DNA of 21,199 nt from a virus (Duplodnaviria; Heunggongvirae; Uroviricota; Caudoviricetes). Positions 16,541 to 21,199 of the stretch are shown piece by piece; position 1 is the first letter of the stretch; every line of letters starts with the position of its first letter. The position numbers were made by a program, and so were the translations under genes. The stretch lies in IMG/VR virus record IMGVR_UViG_2541047774_000002; one strand, given 5' to 3'. The notes under the pieces were generated by a model. The model had not been told where the DNA came from. It was given only the letters and a program-made list of their open reading frames with translations, and ran no database searches.

Positions 16541-16966
16541 ATGGAATTACAGGACTGGCGAAAAGAACCTCGTAAAAACTATTCGAATGAATTCAAACTT
16601 CGTATGGTGGAACTGGCATCACAACCTGGAGCTTGTGTTGCACAGATTGCACGTGAAAATGGCGTCAATGATAATGTTATTTTCAAATGGCTCAGGCTCT
16701 GGCAGAACGAAGGGCGTGTTTCGCGGCGTCTTCCGGTAACGACCTCTTCTGACACTGGCGTTGAATTATTACCTGTAGAAATAACGCCGGATGAGCAGAA
16801 AGAACCTGTGGCGGCCATTGCGCCGTCTTTATCCACTTCCACTCAGACCAGAGTCAGTGCCAGTTCCTGCAAGGTGGAATTCCGTCACGGTAACATGACG
16901 CTGGAAAATCCATCGCCAGAGCTGCTCACAGTGTTGATCCGTGAACTGACCGGGAGGGGAAGATGA
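16541..16966 (+). CDS. IS66-family accessory protein TnpA (orf1)
   Basis: 141 aa; N-terminal HTH-like region; stop overlaps the tnpB start (ATGA). Confidence 0.85.
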   Translation: MELQDWRKEPRKNYSNEFKLRMVELASQPGACVAQIARENGVNDNVIFKWLRLWQNEGRVSRRLPVTTSSDTGVELLPVEITPDEQKEPVAAIAPSLSTSTQTRVSASSCKVEFRHGNMTLENPSPELLTVLIRELTGRGR

Positions 16967-17313
16967 TCTCACTCCCATCAGGTACCCGTATCTGGCTCGT
17001 TGCCGGCGTTACCGATATGCGTAAATCCTTCAACGGACTGGGAGAACAGGTACAACATGTGCTGAATGATAATCCCTTCTCCGGTCACCTGTTTATCTTC
17101 CGTGGCCGACGGGGTGACACCGTCAAAATTCTTTGGGCTGATGCTGATGGTCTGTGCCTGTTCACCAAACGCCTGGAGGAAGGCCAGTTTATCTGGCCTG
17201 CGGTACGTGACGGCAAGGTATCCATTACCCGCTCGCAACTGGCAATGCTCCTCGATAAGCTGGACTGGCGTCAGCCAAAAACATCCAGCCGTAACTCACT
17301 GACAATGTTGTAA
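16963..17313 (+). CDS. IS66-family Orf2 / TnpB
   Basis: 116 aa; sequence recognised as the IS66 Orf2 family (LPSGTRIWLVAGVTDMRKSFNGL...); size and position typical. Confidence 0.9.
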   Translation: MISLPSGTRIWLVAGVTDMRKSFNGLGEQVQHVLNDNPFSGHLFIFRGRRGDTVKILWADADGLCLFTKRLEEGQFIWPAVRDGKVSITRSQLAMLLDKLDWRQPKTSSRNSLTML

Positions 17314-17343
17314 AAAACTCCTGACCGCATTATAAAAACGGTC

Positions 17344-18957
17344 ATGAGTCAGAAATACCTCATTCGCATCGCAGAGCTGGAAAGGTTGCTCTCTGAGCAG
17401 GCTGAAGCCCTCCGTCAGAAAGACCAGCAACTGAGTCTGGTTGAAGAGACGGAAGCCTTCCTGCGCTCTGCACTGACACGTGCCGAAGAAAAGATCGAAG
17501 AAGATGAACGGGAAATAGAACATCTGCGGGCTCAGATAGAAAAACTGCGCCGGATGCTGTTCGGTACCCGTTCTGAAAAACTGCGTCGTGAAGTTGAACT
17601 GGCTGAGGCTCTGCTGAAACAACGTGAACAGGACAGCGATCGTTACAGTGGGCGGGAAGACGATCCTCAGGTTCCCCGCCAGTTGCGACAGTCGCGCCAT
17701 CGTCGTCCGTTACCGGCACACCTTCCCCGTGAAATACACCGCCTGGAGCCAGAAGAAAGCTGTTGCCCGGAGTGTGGCGGTGAGCTGGATTATCTGGGGG
17801 AAGTCAGCGCTGAACAGCTGGAACTGGTGAGCAGTGCCCTGAAAGTGATCCGCACAGAACGGGTAAAAAAAGCCTGTACAAAATGTGACTGTATTGTTGA
17901 AGCACCGGCGCCGTCCCGCCCGATAGAGCGTGGTATCGCGGGCCCCGGATTACTTGCCCGCGTGTTAACGGGAAAATACTGCGAACATCTGCCACTGTAT
18001 CGTCAGAGTGAAATCTTTGCCCGCCAGGGTGTCGAACTGAGCCGGGCCTTACTCTCCAACTGGGTTGACGCGTACTGCCAGTTAATGACACCGGTGAATG
18101 ATGCCCTGTACCGTTATGTAATGAACACCCGCAAGGTTCACACTGATGACACACCGGTAAAGGTACTGGCACCGGGTCAGAAAAAGGCGAAAACAGGGCG
18201 TATCTGGACGTATGTCCGGGATGATCGCAATGTGGGTTCGTCATCTCCTCCAGCGGTCTGGTTCGCGTACTCGCCGAACCGGCAGGGGAAACACCCGGAG
18301 CAACACCTCCGCCCCTTCCGGGGTATCCTGCAGGCGGATGCGTTCACAGGTTACGACAGGTTGTTCAGTGCAGAACGTGAAGGTGGTGCACTGACAGAAG
18401 TTGCGTGCTGGGCCCATGCCCGGCGAAAAATCCACGATGTATACATCAGCAGCAAAAGTGCGACGGCAGAAGAAGCCCTGAAGCGAATCAGTGAACTGTA
18501 CGCCATCGAGGATGAAATACGGGGATTACCGGAGTCAGAGCGTCTTGCCGTCAGGCAGCAGCGAAGCAAAGTGTTACTGACGTCGCTGCATGAATGGATG
18601 GTGGAGAAGAATGGTACGCTGTCGAAAAAATCCAGACTGGGCGAAGCGTTCAGCTATGTACTGAATCAGTGGGATGCCCTCTGTTATTACAGTGATGACG
18701 GTCTGGCGGAGGCGGATAATAATGCTGCGGAAAGAGCGCTTCGTGCAGTCTGTCTCGGAAAGAAAAACTTTATGTTCTTTGGCAGCGATCACGGCGGCGA
18801 GCGTGGAGCACTGTTGTACGGGCTGATCGGCACCTGCCGTCTGAACGGTATCGATCCGGAAGCGTATCTGCGCCATATCCTGAGCGTACTGCCGGAATGG
18901 CCTTCCAACCGAGTTGACGAACTCCTGCCATGGAACGTAGTACTCACCAATAAATAA
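17344..18957 (+). CDS. IS66-family transposase TnpC
   Basis: 537 aa; N-terminal coiled-coil/leucine-zipper region; zinc-finger CCPECGG...CTKCD; C-terminal DDE-type catalytic region; stop abuts the right inverted repeat. Confidence 0.9.
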   Translation: MSQKYLIRIAELERLLSEQAEALRQKDQQLSLVEETEAFLRSALTRAEEKIEEDEREIEHLRAQIEKLRRMLFGTRSEKLRREVELAEALLKQREQDSDRYSGREDDPQVPRQLRQSRHRRPLPAHLPREIHRLEPEESCCPECGGELDYLGEVSAEQLELVSSALKVIRTERVKKACTKCDCIVEAPAPSRPIERGIAGPGLLARVLTGKYCEHLPLYRQSEIFARQGVELSRALLSNWVDAYCQLMTPVNDALYRYVMNTRKVHTDDTPVKVLAPGQKKAKTGRIWTYVRDDRNVGSSSPPAVWFAYSPNRQGKHPEQHLRPFRGILQADAFTGYDRLFSAEREGGALTEVACWAHARRKIHDVYISSKSATAEEALKRISELYAIEDEIRGLPESERLAVRQQRSKVLLTSLHEWMVEKNGTLSKKSRLGEAFSYVLNQWDALCYYSDDGLAEADNNAAERALRAVCLGKKNFMFFGSDHGGERGALLYGLIGTCRLNGIDPEAYLRHILSVLPEWPSNRVDELLPWNVVLTNK

Positions 18958-18987
18958 GCGTCAATACGGTGCTCCGTTGACGCTTAC

Positions 18988-18995
18988 GGAAAACC
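18988..18995. repeat. target-site duplication GGAAAACC (right copy)
   Basis: 8 bp immediately outside the IS right end, identical to 16448-16455. Confidence 0.8.
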
Positions 18996-19037
18996 ATGAT
19001 GACAGCCTGAGCATTCACACCAACCCTCCCTTTAGCT

Positions 19038-19418
19038 TTGTTTAGAATGGCAATCATCATATATCCAAGACATGGCATTTGGTACATAGCTTGGGTCGGG
19101 ATTTCAAATCCGATCCCCGTTGATGGGGCCGTTACAGTACGCGCATATCCGCTTTATGTGAAACAGGAAGATTTTTCTGATATCACTGCCACAGCAAAAC
19201 ACCAATTTCGAGACAAGTACGCGCGCGAGGGGTATCAGTTGCAAAAAATTTTGCAACTACGTCCGACCAGTATGCACACGATGGCGGGGGGATACCATAA
19301 AACTGTTCTCTACATGAGACAGAGTGGTGGTGATGTGTTGATTATCGACGTATATGCGCACAGGACGCGCTATGACGATGTTTTATGCGGGTACACCAAT
19401 CACATGTATCTGGTGTGA
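19038..19418 (+). CDS. questionable hypothetical ORF (126 aa)
   Basis: Track ORF only; no clear SD; its 5' part overlaps the reconstructed upstream region of the IS-interrupted membrane gene on the opposite strand; may be a gene fragment or non-coding. Confidence 0.25.
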   Translation: MFRMAIIIYPRHGIWYIAWVGISNPIPVDGAVTVRAYPLYVKQEDFSDITATAKHQFRDKYAREGYQLQKILQLRPTSMHTMAGGYHKTVLYMRQSGGDVLIIDVYAHRTRYDDVLCGYTNHMYLV

Positions 19419-20051
19419 TAAATCGCGTTACATGACCTCTCATGTTGTACTGGTGGTTATCACGACGTTCTGAATCTGGCCTTTGCCTGGTATTTTGCGA
19501 CAAGTACGCGCGCGTAGCATCGAAATAATCGGATGGCGTATGCTGCTGGTAATATGAAGACCGATAGCATTAACCGTAAGGAGAAAGACTTCTCGATAAC
19601 GGCAAGGGGGCTGAATTGCGAGGCGAGATTAAGCAACTGTCTTGAACGTAAAAATCATGGAGCAACATGATGGTACGATTCATTCCATTCTTCGTTCTTT
19701 CTGAGCATTGCGTTCAGGCTTAGTCAAAATTAGTGTTGCGAGCGGACCTATTAGTAATTGTTGGTGCGATGCGTCTGTTATGGATTGTTATGGTTGTGGC
19801 AGGCCTGATTAATATCCAGTATGACCACCAGCTATGAGAGGCCACCTCAGTGGTTCGCAGTTGCAGGTTTGCACTCAGGTTCGCAGGGTTTTGGCTACTT
19901 TCACGTGCGAACCTGCAGAATTGCAAAGGACAACTAAGTCCTCTGGTCAACTCCCGGTTTATGAGCGACACAGTCCGCCTGGCGCATCGTTTTCGTCGAG
20001 CGCGCCCATCAGCTTGTCCATGGACTATCCACCACTCGATATTAAAGCTAA

Positions 20052-20237
20052 TCATTGGTTGCCAGCCCGCGAATCAAGTTTGTTCTGGATCCAAGCTTCA
20101 ACCTCCTCAAGCGACCATCTAGCTGATCTACCAATTTTAACTGGCTGTGGAAACGTGCCCGTCTTAACCCATGAGTAGATTGCCGTTTTCTTGAAGCCCG
20201 TTCTGAGCATGACTTCGCTTAATTTGATAAGGCGCAT
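20052..20237 (-). CDS. alpA: AlpA-family HTH regulator / excisionase-like (second copy, opposite strand)
   Basis: 61 aa; IKLSEVMLRTGFKKTAIYSWVKTGTFPQPVKIGRSARWSLEEVEAWI matches the AlpA pattern; no integrase or primase adjacent, so it looks like a remnant of a second element. Confidence 0.75.
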   Translation of the reverse strand: MRLIKLSEVMLRTGFKKTAIYSWVKTGTFPQPVKIGRSARWSLEEVEAWIQNKLDSRAGNQ

Positions 20238-20487
20238 AGAGGCTCCTCTGCTTTAGATTAAGCATAGTGACAATCTGGCTTTGGGTGGTATCCAAAAGCG
20301 AGGTATCCATGTTGGTATCCACCAAAACGCTGTTTACCAAAAAGTTACCACCGGAACAGGACATTTTGAGCTGTAACTTAACACATAGCATATGGAGTTC
20401 ACGCATAGACTTCACGCACAACGGCTCTGGCCAGTGAAGAATCACCCTGGCTGGCAATATAATGCCGATCACCATCAGAGGGGAATC

Positions 20488-20680
20488 CATGACACCACGA
20501 GAAATCGAGCTGCTGACCATTGCCAAGCTGGAGCATGGCGGCCACCAGCTCAGCCCGGCAGAACTGCGGGAATTAAGGCGCCAGCTGGCAGAGGGCCCTG
20601 TAATAGCCAGGCGGTACCGCGAAATGATGACCAGCCCCGCATATCGCTGGAGCAAACCAGCGCCGCTCCGTGCGCGGTGA
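20488..20680 (+). CDS. small hypothetical protein (63 aa, Arg-rich)
   Basis: In-frame ATG inside the track ORF 20462-20680 with GAGGGG about 8 nt upstream; function unknown. Confidence 0.4.
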
Positions 20681-20754
20681 GCAGCACCTAACCAGCACTA
20701 GACAAGCCCTGTGCTGGTGGATGTCCCTCATAATTAGCGGTTTTTAAACGGCGT

Positions 20755-20875
20755 GTTGGTTCACGGCCTCTTTTTGTTGGTTCAAAAATGGGGTGTGTTG
20801 GTTCACTTTTTGCGAATAATTCTTTTAAAAACAATACTCTTTACAAATTGAACCAACTGAACCAACTGAACCAAC
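20755..20875. repeat. second iteron cluster, inverted relative to 10713-10823: 3 spaced GTTGGTTCA (20755-20763, 20776-20784, 20797-20805), AT-rich spacer, 3 tandem TGAACCAAC (20849-20875)
   Basis: Repeats counted directly; 20841-20885 is nearly the exact reverse complement of 10701-10745. Confidence 0.6.
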
Positions 20876-20911
20876 ACCTTTTTGCTTATCTATATAGTCT
20901 GAGAGGCAGAA

Positions 20912-21199
20912 ATGATAAGGGACAGGAAAGCTGAAGATCTGGAGTCAAAAGGGCTATACCGGAGAGCTGCCGCACGATGGGCAGAAGTCATGATGCTGGC
21001 AGATGGCGATAAAGAACGTGAACATGCAGCAAACAGACGCTCTGAATGTATCCGTAAGGCGGCACGCCAACCAGCAACTACAGACAGATTCGGAGATTTA
21101 AGACAGGCAGTTAAGCGAACTCATTCGGCTCTTGGTATGGATGAGGAAGCGAGAGGGTACTTCAGGCGTTATCGCGATAAAGATTGCCAGAGACAGTAA
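20912..21199 (+). CDS. PerC-like small transcriptional regulator (tentative)
   Basis: 95 aa ending at the window edge with a TAA stop; N-terminus MIRDRKAEDLESKGLYRRAAARWAEVM resembles PerC-family proteins of enterobacterial prophages; assignment from memory. Confidence 0.5.
   Translation: MIRDRKAEDLESKGLYRRAAARWAEVMMLADGDKEREHAANRRSECIRKAARQPATTDRFGDLRQAVKRTHSALGMDEEARGYFRRYRDKDCQRQ

Larger units (their letters stand above)
16456..18987 (+). mobile_element. IS66-family insertion sequence (tnpA-tnpB-tnpC), 2532 bp, apparently intact
   Basis: Ends begin with GTAAGCGT (IS66-family 5'-GTAA termini); imperfect terminal inverted repeats of about 26-30 bp (22 of the first 30 positions match); three ORFs of typical size and order; perfect 8-bp flanking direct repeat. 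Confidence 0.85.

Noticed and set aside
19571-19720. Tiny 18-codon ORF (MMVRFIPFFVLSEHCVQA) at about 19665-19720, considered as a leader peptide or type I toxin
   Set aside because: Too short and lacks a convincing SD or partner antisense RNA signal; cannot be distinguished from chance.
19720-20655. Track ORFs 19720-20055 (-), 19834-20178 (+) and 20164-20655 (-)
   Set aside because: Mutually overlapping on both strands, Ser/Arg/Pro/Trp-rich, no ribosome-binding sites; two of them run antisense through the well-supported AlpA gene at 20052-20237.

Overview
Enterobacterial (E. coli-type) chromosome. The window opens with proA (1-1254) and tRNA-Thr(CGU) thrW (1369-1444); everything downstream is an integrated, composite mobile island with no attR inside the window. 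Part A (1610-11177) is a P4/PICI-like satellite backbone: a P4-type tyrosine integrase next to the tRNA, an AlpA regulator, an antirepressor-like gene, a chain of small translationally coupled unknown genes, a 919-aa Zn-ribbon/Toprim/P-loop primase-helicase, an iteron origin and a rho-independent terminator. Part B (11272-16137) is the most interesting region: a self-contained, translationally coupled operon of 53, 153, 699 and 701 aa. The two large products are Q/A/G-rich, cysteine-free, low-complexity proteins with glycine-zipper hydrophobic segments. By composition they resemble podovirus (P22-like) ejection / internal-virion proteins, yet no capsid, portal, terminase or tail genes are nearby; thrW is the classical P22 attB. 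This is a hypothesis from composition and recalled motifs, not a computed homology. Part C: a convergent small membrane protein whose 5' end is interrupted by an intact IS66-family element (16456-18987) with a perfect 8-bp target-site duplication GGAAAACC. Part D (19000-21199) is degenerate: few convincing ORFs, a second AlpA gene on the minus strand, a second inverted copy of the iteron cluster about 10 kb from the first (P4 ori/crr-like), and a PerC-like gene. All calls rest on reading the sequence and the supplied ORF track; no database search was run.
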